Assembly (NCBI GenBank): GCA_043751595.1
Contig: JAYUZR010000035.1
Span: 2,534 to 66,533 of the forward strand
Source: Candidatus Berkelbacteria bacterium
GTDB taxonomy: Bacteria > Patescibacteriota > UBA1384 > CAILIB01
DNA: 64,000 bases
Direction of reading: 5' to 3'
Part shown: positions 8,787 through 17,815 of the stretch, piece after piece
Numbering within the stretch: position 1 is the first letter of the stretch
How the letters are laid out: the number at the start of each line of letters is the position of its first letter
Made by a program: the position numbers and the translations under genes
Notes under the pieces: generated by a model
The model's database searches: none
What the model was told of the DNA's origin: nothing
What the model saw: the letters and a program-made list of their open reading frames with translations, nothing else

Positions 8787-9262
8787 TCGGCAAGCATATA
8801 ACCTCCCCTAGGCTGTTCACTAAGAAGCATTACCGCCTCGTCGATAAATTGGCCGAGGCCCTGACCTTGCTCTCTAACCATTACCGCCGGCGATAGGACG
8901 TTACTTTCGTGTAGTGCCTCCACTGCCGCGCCCGAAGCAAAGAGAGCAATCCCCGCCTGATGAAAGGACCAGATTAGACTACGTGCTCTTGCGCTTTGTT
9001 TAATAGCATCAACTCCCATTTTCCCATCTGGGACAACGAGTGCATCGAAATCGGTAACGGTGATGGAATCGATCGGTAGATCGATAAGGACATCTCTCCC
9101 CCTGGCTGCGCCATCGGTAGTTTCAACCGTTAAGTACTGATGAGGACTGGTTGTATATGTCATGGCGCCTTCGCATTCAAATTGAGTACTAAGTGACTCA
9201 AGCTCAGGCTGGTTAGTGCCATCAGCCACTAAAATGAGCAGTTTCTTTCCGAGTAGTTTCAT
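8747..9262 (-). CDS. DJ-1/PfpI family protein, apparently lacking the catalytic Cys
   Basis: KKLLILVADG..E and DFDALVVPDG motifs; the usual AICHG reads FASGA. Confidence 0.7.
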   Translation of the reverse strand: MKLLGKKLLILVADGTNQPELESLSTQFECEGAMTYTTSPHQYLTVETTDGAARGRDVLIDLPIDSITVTDFDALVVPDGKMGVDAIKQSARARSLIWSFHQAGIALFASGAAVEALHESNVLSPAVMVREQGQGLGQFIDEAVMLLSEQPRGGYMLADQAASVGAYRSTM

Positions 9263-9740
9263 TGGGTTCTTTCTTAGTGAGATGATAAACGAATAGCCCG
9301 AGAGTAAGGGTTGAGGTGGTTGCAAAAACAAGGAAGCCAATCCGTGATTGTTGGATATACGCCCCCGCCCCTACCCCCGGGATACAAACCACAACTTTTC
9401 CTAGTACCGCGCCGGGTGTAAGAATCCAGGGATCGCCATTGGGATTGTGATCGCCTTTACTTACGATGGCCTGCGCTGGAAATACTCCGGAGATTGCCGA
9501 TATACGGTGAGTTACTATCTGGCGCTGAGGAGTAGGTGCAATAAAGGTGATAACATCACCCACCTTAAGCTGGCTCTGAATTACTGCTTGCCTTGCTAAA
9601 ACCAGTGAAGTAACGGGACACCTTGGTGCCATACTATTACTAACGAGAGCATACGTTCTGAAGCCAGCCACCCTTAATAAGGTGCCGAGAAAAAGAAACA
9701 CCATAAAGACAGCCCCGACGAAAAGATTGCGGCGAAACAT
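9222..9740 (-). CDS. sipW: signal peptidase I, SipW/S26B type
   Basis: VSNSMAP (Ser), GDVITF, IVTHRI (His), KGDHN..D; N- and C-terminal TM helices. Confidence 0.85.
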   Translation of the reverse strand: MFRRNLFVGAVFMVFLFLGTLLRVAGFRTYALVSNSMAPRCPVTSLVLARQAVIQSQLKVGDVITFIAPTPQRQIVTHRISAISGVFPAQAIVSKGDHNPNGDPWILTPGAVLGKVVVCIPGVGAGAYIQQSRIGFLVFATTSTLTLGLFVYHLTKKEPNETTRKETAHFSG

Positions 9741-9745
9741 AGTAG

Positions 9746-10321
9746 CTACGAAGTACTTTGAACTCCGGTAAACAGCAGGCTGTACTGAGCACTCGCCGAT
9801 TGCTGACTATACTGCGGAACGAGACGGGTGCGCATCTTGAAGCGCTGCGCCTTATTAGCTAGTACAACTGGACCCATACTTAGGGGCTGAGTAATAAGAT
9901 CGCTCAGCGTAGAGCGTACCGAGGGGCCCTGTGTTACGCCATCGGAATCGACAGGGATAAACTCTACTTCTACATCGTCCATCAACTCTTGAGAGCTAGC
10001 CCCTGGCGGCGTAACAACCTGGGCCACAAGAGAAAGAGGAACACCATCTGCTCCTACGTTTTTAAGTAGGAAAAAGTGCTCGTCTGTGGCGCCAGGATTA
10101 AGCTGCATAGCAAAACCAGCCCGAGCATCGGCATAGACCGTTGAGCTTCCGTTTTGAGAATTGCTAATCTGGAGATCTGCCGTACCGGTAAGAATGGCGT
10201 TATCGGTGAGGGTGGCAGTATCACTAAAAAGTGCAAAGCTACGATCGCTAAGAATACCAACCCAAATAAGTAGAACGATAGCCACAGCAAGTGGCCGCTG
10301 TATTTTTGACCAAGTGACCAT
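9746..10321 (-). CDS. TasA/CalY-like protein with SipW-cognate signal peptide
   Basis: SFALFSDTATLTDNAILTGTADLQI matches the SipW-class A-x-FSD...N-x3-G-x-L motif; LNPG and LKNVG downstream; adjacent to sipW. Confidence 0.75.
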   Translation of the reverse strand: MVTWSKIQRPLAVAIVLLIWVGILSDRSFALFSDTATLTDNAILTGTADLQISNSQNGSSTVYADARAGFAMQLNPGATDEHFFLLKNVGADGVPLSLVAQVVTPPGASSQELMDDVEVEFIPVDSDGVTQGPSVRSTLSDLITQPLSMGPVVLANKAQRFKMRTRLVPQYSQQSASAQYSLLFTGVQSTS

Positions 10322-10380
10322 AGGTGGGCGTTAGGAATAAATACCGCAGCCCCAATGCCGGCTATTGGCGCTGCAGAGAA

Positions 10381-10425
10381 ACCTTAGCTACCAATCCTGA
10401 CAAACCTATGACAACTTTATGACAG
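10381..10425 (-). promoter_or_regulatory. Pho-box-like triple direct repeat and -10 element
   Basis: Minus strand CTGTCATAAAG-TTGTCATAGGT-TTGTCAG (11-bp period), 10-nt spacer, then TAAGGT. Confidence 0.7.
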
Positions 10426-10427
10426 AA

Positions 10428-11315
10428 TCATGTACGGAGAATAAATCCAGTCTGTAAGCCTACTTTTCGAGACTCTTCTTCAAGTTCAACGCTGAGTAAT
10501 GAAATAGGAGTCCCCTCTGGAAGCTGGTCTTGAAGTACTCTTTTCACGCTCCCCGGATATAGTTGAGTAGCATAAAAGTTTAGAAGGATCTTTGGCACCT
10601 TACCCTTAGCGCTGACAGCAACTACTGCACGCAATAATTCACTTAAACCTTGTTCCAGACGCCAGATCTCACCCTTAGTGCCTCGTCCAAATACTGGAGG
10701 ATCGAGCAAAATAATATCGTAGGTAGAGCCGCGACGCTCTTCACGAGCCAAAAACTTCATTGCATCTTCTACAATCCAGCGAACAGGTAGGTCTTTACCG
10801 GATAACTCACTATTGCGACGAGCTGCAGCAATGGCAGGCTTAGAAGCATCCACATGAACAACTTCAGCACCAGCCTGTGCAGCTACAATACTTGCCGCTC
10901 CGGTATACCCAAATAAATTAAGTACACGAGGCTTCTTTACCCCCTGACTAATCAGCGTAGTCAACTCATCACGAAGCCAGCACCAGTTTTCGTATTGCTC
11001 AGGGAAGTAGCCGAGATGCCGAAAAGGAGTAGGGCGTGCATGCACCACCAGCTTTACCTCTGGGTACGAAACATTCCAGCCTTCAAGAAGCGCTTGGTCT
11101 TCTAAGATCCAGGGCTGTTCTTTATCGCCAAGATACCTGGCTTGTGCACCCTGCCACTGCGCCTTGTAAGAATCGGTAATTGGCCAAAGTACGTTAGGAT
11201 CGGGTCTTCGTACTGTTATAGTGCCGACACGCTCAAGACGCTCTCCGTTTCCGGTATCGAGTAATGTATATGAAGGAGAGCCGTGAATAAGTTGTACGTC
11301 GCAGGCGCCTGACAT
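10428..11315 (-). CDS. class I SAM-dependent methyltransferase (RlmI/RlmK-like)
   Basis: LLDTGNGERLE, FRHLGYFPEQ, VLNLFGYTG, HVDAS, ILLDPPVFG. Confidence 0.88.
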   Translation of the reverse strand: MSGACDVQLIHGSPSYTLLDTGNGERLERVGTITVRRPDPNVLWPITDSYKAQWQGAQARYLGDKEQPWILEDQALLEGWNVSYPEVKLVVHARPTPFRHLGYFPEQYENWCWLRDELTTLISQGVKKPRVLNLFGYTGAASIVAAQAGAEVVHVDASKPAIAAARRNSELSGKDLPVRWIVEDAMKFLAREERRGSTYDIILLDPPVFGRGTKGEIWRLEQGLSELLRAVVAVSAKGKVPKILLNFYATQLYPGSVKRVLQDQLPEGTPISLLSVELEEESRKVGLQTGFILRT

Positions 11316-11488
11316 AAGAGGAGTATAATCTAAAAAGAACTGGTGTACCCAAGGTGGATCCCAGAATACGGGCGGACTATACCATCTTCGGGCCAAACAG
11401 GCTATGCAACTAATTAACAGCTTTGAATAGTGCGCTATCTGAGATTTCCGCTAAACTAAGCGAACCTACCAAGTAAATAACTCTGAGT

Positions 11489-12568
11489 ATGCGTACGATT
11501 GGCGTTCTCAATAGTGGTGGCGATGCCGCCGGACTCAATACGGTAATTGCTGCTCTCGTAACCACTGGTGCGCCACTTGGGTATCGCTTCCTCGGATTCG
11601 AAAAGGGCTGGGAGGGCATTCTTGATCCCGTCATGTATCAAGAACTCACTCCTCAAAGCGTAAAAAGAATTGCTCACCTAGGTGGCACCATCCTTCGTAC
11701 TGCTAATAAGGGTCGTTTTGCTGGTAAATCTGGTGGACCAAACCAGGTTAACAGCATCCCTGAAGAAATCCTCGATATGGCCGTCCGCAATCTTAAGGCA
11801 CTCGATGTCGAAGGCCTCATTGTTATCGGTGGCGATGGCACCTTAAGTGCTGCTATGCAGCTTTCAGAGCATGGCGTTCGTATTATCGGTGTTCCAAAAA
11901 CTATCGATAACGATCTCCCTTCCACCGATCAAACCTTTGGCTTTAGCACTGCTGTACAGGTTGCTGTAGATGCCATCGATCGCCTACACACCACAGCCGA
12001 AAGCCACGAGCGTGTCATTTTTGTAGAATGCATGGGTCGCTTTGCTGGCTGGATTGCACTCTACGCAGCCCTGGCTGGTGGGGCTGATTGCGTCATTGTT
12101 CCGGAAGTCTCTTGTAGTAGCGAAGAAATCCTAACGTTCCTGCGTAAGCGCCGAAATGAAGGATACCATCATAGTATCGTAGTCGTTGCCGAAGGCGTTG
12201 CCCTAGAAGACGGCGAACACGTTGGCCGCGATACAGGCACTCCAGAACTTACCCTCGGTGGTATTTCTGAGCAAATAATGCAAACCATAAATAAAATGGC
12301 TCCTGGAGAGTTTGAGATGCGCAATACCGTGCTTGGCCACACCCAGCGCGGAGGCACCCCCAACGCAGAAGACCGTATTCTTGCCAAAAAGTATGCCGTT
12401 GCCGCTATGCATGCGTATCACAACGGAGAAAGCGGCCAGATGGTTGCGCTTCGCGGAAAAGATATTATTCTGCAGCCCATTTCCGATGCTGGCGGGCCTC
12501 TCCGCGGGGTTACCCCAGATTGCATCGAATACCAAACTGCACGGGCACTCGGCATTGTTATTAGGTAG
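11489..12568 (+). CDS. pfkA: 6-phosphofructokinase
   Basis: SGGDAAGLN, GGTILRT, IGGDGT, PKTIDND, ECMGR, LGHTQRGG. Confidence 0.95.
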   Translation: MRTIGVLNSGGDAAGLNTVIAALVTTGAPLGYRFLGFEKGWEGILDPVMYQELTPQSVKRIAHLGGTILRTANKGRFAGKSGGPNQVNSIPEEILDMAVRNLKALDVEGLIVIGGDGTLSAAMQLSEHGVRIIGVPKTIDNDLPSTDQTFGFSTAVQVAVDAIDRLHTTAESHERVIFVECMGRFAGWIALYAALAGGADCVIVPEVSCSSEEILTFLRKRRNEGYHHSIVVVAEGVALEDGEHVGRDTGTPELTLGGISEQIMQTINKMAPGEFEMRNTVLGHTQRGGTPNAEDRILAKKYAVAAMHAYHNGESGQMVALRGKDIILQPISDAGGPLRGVTPDCIEYQTARALGIVIR

Positions 12569-12576
12569 TAGTCACC

Positions 12577-12607
12577 AAAAAAAAGACCACCCGAGGGTGG
12601 TCCTTTT
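12577..12607. terminator. bidirectional intrinsic terminator
   Basis: A-tract, GACCACCC-GA-GGGTGGTC, T-tract between convergent genes. Confidence 0.8.
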
Positions 12608-12619
12608 CGTTTACCAAGC

Positions 12620-13411
12620 TTAGTTTGAAGTAGGAATACCAAATACTGTCTGAGCTCCCATATACTGAGGAAGCTTACCATCCCATTTCTCAATTGCCTT
12701 TAGCTGTGCCTCCACCTTACGAAGCTCAATTAGCTCTGGGGAAACATTTTCACGTTGAATCCTTAGACCTTCGGCTTCTGCACGAGCCTTGGTAAGCGCC
12801 TGCTCGGACTCAATCTTTACCTTAGTTAATTCTTGCTCTGCACGAAGTGCTTCTTGCTGAACCACCTGCTTGGACTCAATTGCCTTGTTAAACTCGGCTG
12901 AAAAGCGGAAATCGACCAATGATAGATCATCCACCTCGATACCGAATGTCTTTAATCGATCCTGTAAGCGGCCCTGGGCCAACTGCTTAACTTCGGCCCG
13001 CTTAGTGATTAAATCTTGCGCATTAAACTGAGCGGTAGTTGATTTAAAAGATTCTTGAATCGCTTGATCAATTACTCGATCTTTATAGTCTCGGCCAACG
13101 GTCTGATAAATCTCGGAGATTCTTCCCCGTTCCAGACGATAATTTACTGCAAGGGTAGCGTTCACCTCTTGTAAATCGCTACTAGCAGCACCAGCAACAA
13201 CCTGATCCTTTTGAATCCGTGTATCAAAAATAACTACCGACTGAAAAGGCTTAGGGAAAATAATCGCCAACCCGGGCTGCAGCTCCCTGCCAGTTACGCG
13301 GCCAAACTGAGTAACTACTCCAATTTTTCCAGCGTCGATACTAACAAAGCCGGTTAAGAGCCAAAGAATAGCAGCTACCGGAAGGCCTATGGCGAGAATA
13401 CGTTTATCCAT
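12620..13411 (-). CDS. prohibitin/SPFH domain membrane protein
   Basis: N-terminal TM, GVVTQFG, SSDLQ, FNKAIESKQ, IEKWDGKLP. Confidence 0.92.
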   Translation of the reverse strand: MDKRILAIGLPVAAILWLLTGFVSIDAGKIGVVTQFGRVTGRELQPGLAIIFPKPFQSVVIFDTRIQKDQVVAGAASSDLQEVNATLAVNYRLERGRISEIYQTVGRDYKDRVIDQAIQESFKSTTAQFNAQDLITKRAEVKQLAQGRLQDRLKTFGIEVDDLSLVDFRFSAEFNKAIESKQVVQQEALRAEQELTKVKIESEQALTKARAEAEGLRIQRENVSPELIELRKVEAQLKAIEKWDGKLPQYMGAQTVFGIPTSN

Positions 13412-13479
13412 AACCAAGTATTACGAATGAAAGCATGAAGATAGTACCAGATTTTCCATGATGTATAAGGTCGATGTTG

Positions 13480-14097
13480 CTAGAACGAAAGCCGAGCAAC
13501 TTCTTTAGAACTACTCAGATCCTTACTTTTCGACTTATACAAAACCAATTCATCTACAACAATCTCTCCAAAAACCTTTTTGCCATAGGAATTAAGATAG
13601 GTCAGCACCTCGGGCTTTGGCATCTCAGAATATCGCCCCAGAGTTGCCCAGGCCATATGACCACGGTATCCGTTCGGCGGACTACCGAGGTTTGTTGCCC
13701 CAAAAAGTGCCTGACGTAGGGTAAAAAGTGAATCGTTATCTGGAAAGGCACATACGGCAAAAGCAGTATTCATCGCCGTTAACCCGTGCAAAGTAAATGA
13801 AAGCTCTTTACCCGCCATCACTTCCTTGACGGTTTGCATGATCAGCTCCGGTTTATAGGTTACTGAGCAGTGAAAAACTGTAAGGTGCAAAAGATCGACA
13901 GGATTTAAGAGGAGGCTAGGGTCTATTTTCCTTAAGTCATCAAGAATAGGTTGCAGCTGCGCAACGATCTCGGCCGGGAGAAGTGCAACCAAGGTAAGAT
14001 GGGCCGGAGCCTCTACAGAGCTCAGTAGTTCACAGCTTGTGGGCGTCACCGCAGCAGAAAGCCTTGCAATTTCTTCAGTTAGTTCAGTGGTAGTCAT
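13480..14097 (-). CDS. 2H phosphoesterase / 2'-5' RNA ligase-like protein
   Basis: LHLTV first HxT motif; second motif degenerate (HMAWATLGR); ELVLYKS C-terminus. Confidence 0.55.
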   Translation of the reverse strand: MTTTELTEEIARLSAAVTPTSCELLSSVEAPAHLTLVALLPAEIVAQLQPILDDLRKIDPSLLLNPVDLLHLTVFHCSVTYKPELIMQTVKEVMAGKELSFTLHGLTAMNTAFAVCAFPDNDSLFTLRQALFGATNLGSPPNGYRGHMAWATLGRYSEMPKPEVLTYLNSYGKKVFGEIVVDELVLYKSKSKDLSSSKEVARLSF

Positions 14098-14164
14098 AGC
14101 CGCAGCATATCAGATACTTTCATGTTGCTCGATTCCATCTACCAAGAAATGCTGCAGACATTCC

Positions 14165-14824
14165 TTACCGCCAAATAGGTGTCATGCAAGAGCCGATAGT
14201 ATTTGTTGCTGATCCAGCAGCTGGAAGTGTAACCGATGAATCCACCGAACCCCCAACTTTGGGTCCAGAAGCTGAGGTGCCATTTACCACCCAAGTAAAA
14301 GCATCACTATTTCCAGCCTCAGGAATAAGTGTTGCCGCAAAAGTATACAAACCTGAACCAGAAAGTCCGTAATATGAGTTACCGCCAGCATCAACAAGTG
14401 AGCTAGTCGTACAATCCACTGCATAATAGTAGACCGTGGAACCTAAGGCAGTACCTGCATACTTGGAAGCAGGACGATCTATGCCATAGTTTGCTAGAAA
14501 AAACTTAGTGAGGGGATCGCCAGGACCACCATAAGGTGGTTGGGAAGTTATTCTGAAAGCGTACGTACCCGTTATTCCAATCAAGACGGCGGTTGCGTCA
14601 GCAAAGTCAGGCGAGGGCACAAATCCATCGTGGTCAATTTTAAACTGCTCAATATTCTTCCCCGATTGGGAGACTAGTAATCGTATTTGGGCATTTTTTG
14701 CTCGATTCTTTAACCCCCACAGTTGAGCAGTAACCAATGTTGCAAGCAAACCAACAATAGCAATCACTACAAGTAGCTCGATAAGGGTAAAAGCTCTTCG
14801 GCGAAGGAGTGTACGAAAAATCAT
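14165..14824 (-). CDS. type IV pilin-like protein
   Basis: RRRAFTLIELLVVIAIVG class III signal peptide. Confidence 0.85.
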   Translation of the reverse strand: MIFRTLLRRRAFTLIELLVVIAIVGLLATLVTAQLWGLKNRAKNAQIRLLVSQSGKNIEQFKIDHDGFVPSPDFADATAVLIGITGTYAFRITSQPPYGGPGDPLTKFFLANYGIDRPASKYAGTALGSTVYYYAVDCTTSSLVDAGGNSYYGLSGSGLYTFAATLIPEAGNSDAFTWVVNGTSASGPKVGGSVDSSVTLPAAGSATNTIGSCMTPIWR

Positions 14825-14902
14825 TTTCTGTGTTCCAAGTATAGCTTAGCATGAGGCTACTAAGTAGTTCTTTCCTCAAAGCAGCGCTATACTTGTTTAC
14901 AC

Positions 14903-15539
14903 ATGTCATCAAGCGTTCATCATCCCCTGCAATATAAGAAACCCTGGCGAGAGTCCTCAGTCTATCTCTCTTTTGTCTCTGTACTACTAGCCGCTGCAGC
15001 CAACGGTGCAGGGAGCGTATTTATTGGGAAAGTCTTCCCAGATAGGCCGCACCTTCCCGATCTTGCCTTCAAGTATCTCCCTTATATTCCACAGGTCCAA
15101 AACCTCACTGACTACGCCAATTTTGGTAGTGGGCTCGTAGTTTTTATCTATCTCTTTTTTTCAACAAGATGCTGCCTGCCGCATGACGCGAGGGTTCTAC
15201 ATCCTCGCCTACGCTTATGCACTTCGGGCAATCCTCATTATCTTAACCCCCTTCGGCAGTTCACTCGACGACCCTACAAAGCAGTACGGCGCCACCAATA
15301 TCCAGCAAAATGGCTCCTTCCCTTCTGGCCATACCATCATGGTAGTAGTTGCTTTTATCTTGCTCGATAAGCGCGATAACCTTTGGGTCCGAGCGCTACT
15401 TGGATTATCAGTAATCGTAGAAGTAGTTTGCCTCCTTATTTCACACGGGCACTATTCTCTCGATATCGCGGGTTCGTTTATGGCCGCCTATATTGCGTGC
15501 TATGAGGTTGATCGGTTGATGAAGAAAAGGGCTCGGTAG
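14903..15539 (+). pseudogene. sphingomyelin-synthase/PAP2-like lipid phosphotransferase split by a +1 frameshift
   Basis: First frame has the LPD motif, second frame has FPSGHT and HGHYSLD; removing one T from the T7 run at 15155-15161 joins them. Confidence 0.7.
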
Positions 15540-15577
15540 GGCTTTTTGACATGTCCAATTGCGCGTACGCTGAGGAT

Positions 15578-16348
15578 GTGCGCACCTCACTTAGTCCGAA
15601 AACCATGATCATTCCCCTACTCAGCCTCATTATTCTTTTTCTGATTGGCTACGGGATTCGAGTAGGCATTCTTTACCGAAATACCGGCACACTTACTACT
15701 ACCAGTGAGACTTTTCCACGGGATTACTATGTTGGGGATAAAACCAAACCACCCCTCACCTATCTCGCCCTGGGAGATAGTACCGTACAGGGCGTAGGTG
15801 CCTCATCACCCGAAAAAACACTCGTTGGCCAGATTGCCCAACGGCTATCAGAGAAAGGGAAGTACGTACATGTTATTAATGCAGGCATTACTGGGGCCCG
15901 TATGCACGATGTAAAAATAAACCAATTACAGGCCTTAGTAGATAATAAGCCTGATGTAATCAGCTTGGTTGCCGGCGCAAACGATGCCATCCACCATACA
16001 CCAGAAGCAGATTTTTCTACCTCTCTCACCAAGGTGATGGATAGCCTAATCGCTAGTTCGGCCGCAAGAATTATCATCGCCACCTCTCCAGATGTAGGAC
16101 TGATGCCTGCCCTACCTCACTTTTACGCACAGGGCGCTAAGCGCTATGCCGAGAAGCAGAACATGGTCCTTGCCCTAAAAATTACAGATTCCAGAATAGC
16201 TATTGCCGACCTTTTTACTGAAGGTAAATTGGACCCGAAAGCTGACGCCTCGCTATACGCAAGTGATCAGTTCCATCCTTCTGATAAGGGATATGCAGTG
16301 TGGGGGAAACTTCTAGCAAAAGCTAGCGAGCAAAAGGCTCAGCACTAA
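15578..16348 (+). CDS. SGNH/GDSL hydrolase, membrane anchored
   Basis: LGDS, GAND, DQFHPSDKGY motifs; N-terminal TM helix. Confidence 0.9.
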   Translation: MRTSLSPKTMIIPLLSLIILFLIGYGIRVGILYRNTGTLTTTSETFPRDYYVGDKTKPPLTYLALGDSTVQGVGASSPEKTLVGQIAQRLSEKGKYVHVINAGITGARMHDVKINQLQALVDNKPDVISLVAGANDAIHHTPEADFSTSLTKVMDSLIASSAARIIIATSPDVGLMPALPHFYAQGAKRYAEKQNMVLALKITDSRIAIADLFTEGKLDPKADASLYASDQFHPSDKGYAVWGKLLAKASEQKAQH

Positions 16349-16547
16349 CCATAAATCTCAAGCCAACCTACTCCCATACCCACTCCGCACTATCCCAACT
16401 TGAAGTAGATACCTCAACACAATTGCCATCAGCCTTACTGGCCGCCCTCTTGAAAGATTCTACCCATCCCTTTCGAGCAGATGACCTTGAGATACAAGGC
16501 TCTTCCAAGTTAATACTAGTAATAATTGGGATTTTCATAAGTTGTAA

Positions 16548-16814
16548 TTACTTATACACACCCTGCCGGTGGCCAACATCGAGAACTTCTACCACAAGTT
16601 GTTTCTGCACTATCTGATAAATAATTCTATACGGCCAAACCCGCAGTGAATACTTTCCCTCAAGCTCGCCCTTAAGTGCTTTACCCGCGTAGGGGGAGTG
16701 GGCCAGCGATGCTAGTGCCTCCAAAACTCGAGCACGGTAGTTTAGTGGAATCTTGGCAAGCTCCTTGGCGGCAGTGCGGGATACTATAACTGAGAAATCA
16801 GACCCCAAAGCCAT
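16548..16814 (-). CDS. RelE/ParE family toxin
   Basis: GKALKGELEGKYSLRVWPYRIIY...VGHRQGVYK. Confidence 0.9.
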   Translation of the reverse strand: MALGSDFSVIVSRTAAKELAKIPLNYRARVLEALASLAHSPYAGKALKGELEGKYSLRVWPYRIIYQIVQKQLVVEVLDVGHRQGVYK

Positions 16815-17076
16815 TGGAAACAAACTGATCAAGCGAGATGGTATCTCCGTTTGCAATATCCTTTTCCGCAGCCCGTATTCTTTTCATCGCGTGAGCATCA
16901 CTCAAAATCTCCATCGTCTCCTGTAGAGATTCAAGTTCTTCAGCATTAATAAGCACCGCCTTCGGCTTTCCGTTAACCGTTAAAGTGTAGCGCGCACCAG
17001 TTTTTTCGACACTTTCAATTACCTCAGCAAACTTTTGCCGAGCCTCAGTGGTAGAAATAGTAGTTCGCACATCCAT
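16798..17076 (-). CDS. Phd/YefM family antitoxin
   Basis: ISTTEARQKF, TVNGKPKAVLI, ESLQETMEILSD. Confidence 0.9.
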   Translation of the reverse strand: MDVRTTISTTEARQKFAEVIESVEKTGARYTLTVNGKPKAVLINAEELESLQETMEILSDAHAMKRIRAAEKDIANGDTISLDQFVSNGFGV

Positions 17077-17162
17077 GCCAAGAACTTACACTATGTACAT
17101 AATTATGTAAATAAAAACATCCTAGTTATTTACAAAAAAGGGAATATGTATATAATGCATAC

Positions 17163-17414
17163 ATGCATTCACTCCAATACACAATACGAAATATTCCCCC
17201 TGCCGTAGATCAGGTTATTCGCAAGCGCGCCAAGCAAACAGGAGCCTCATTTAACCAAACCGTTGTCGATCTTCTTACCCTCCAAGCTTTGGGTACTACT
17301 ACACCAAAAACGGAGGAGTCTTTTGATTGGCTCTTCGATCAAGCCAAATCAGACCCTGGATTTGATCAAGCCATCTTAGAGCTATCTCAAGTAGATAAAG
17401 ACCTGTGGAACTAG
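17163..17414 (+). CDS. FitA-like ribbon-helix-helix antitoxin
   Basis: QYTIRNIP...RAKQTGASFN; overlaps the PIN toxin gene. Confidence 0.75.
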   Translation: MHSLQYTIRNIPPAVDQVIRKRAKQTGASFNQTVVDLLTLQALGTTTPKTEESFDWLFDQAKSDPGFDQAILELSQVDKDLWN

Positions 17415-17815
17415 CTTCTAGCTACATCCTCGACACAAGCGCCTATTCTGCCTTCTTTAAGGGTGATCGACGCCTGCGTCCGTGGTTTACACACACCCAT
17501 AAGATCTTCCTACCCTTAGTGGTTATCGGAGAATTGCGTGCAGGCTTTGCAAATGGGAATAGGACTAGCGAGAATGAAACTCTTTTGGGCAGGTTTTTAG
17601 ACACCGCCAATGTAGACACCCTCCCACTTAGTCTTTCCACAACCAAGTTCTTCGCCGATACCTTTTTACAAGTAAAAAAGTCTGGGAAAGCATTAGGTAC
17701 AAATGACCTTTGGATTGCGGCTCTCGCCAAGGAACATAGCCTGCCGATTCTTACGCTTGATGCTGATTTTCAAAGAATTAAAGGGGTAGAATTACTCGCT
17801 ATCCCCCAAACGTAA
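17405..17815 (+). CDS. vapC: VapC/PIN family toxin
   Basis: ILDTSAY, IGEL, NDLWIAA, LTLDADF acidic PIN tetrad. Confidence 0.9.
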   Translation: MELASSYILDTSAYSAFFKGDRRLRPWFTHTHKIFLPLVVIGELRAGFANGNRTSENETLLGRFLDTANVDTLPLSLSTTKFFADTFLQVKKSGKALGTNDLWIAALAKEHSLPILTLDADFQRIKGVELLAIPQT

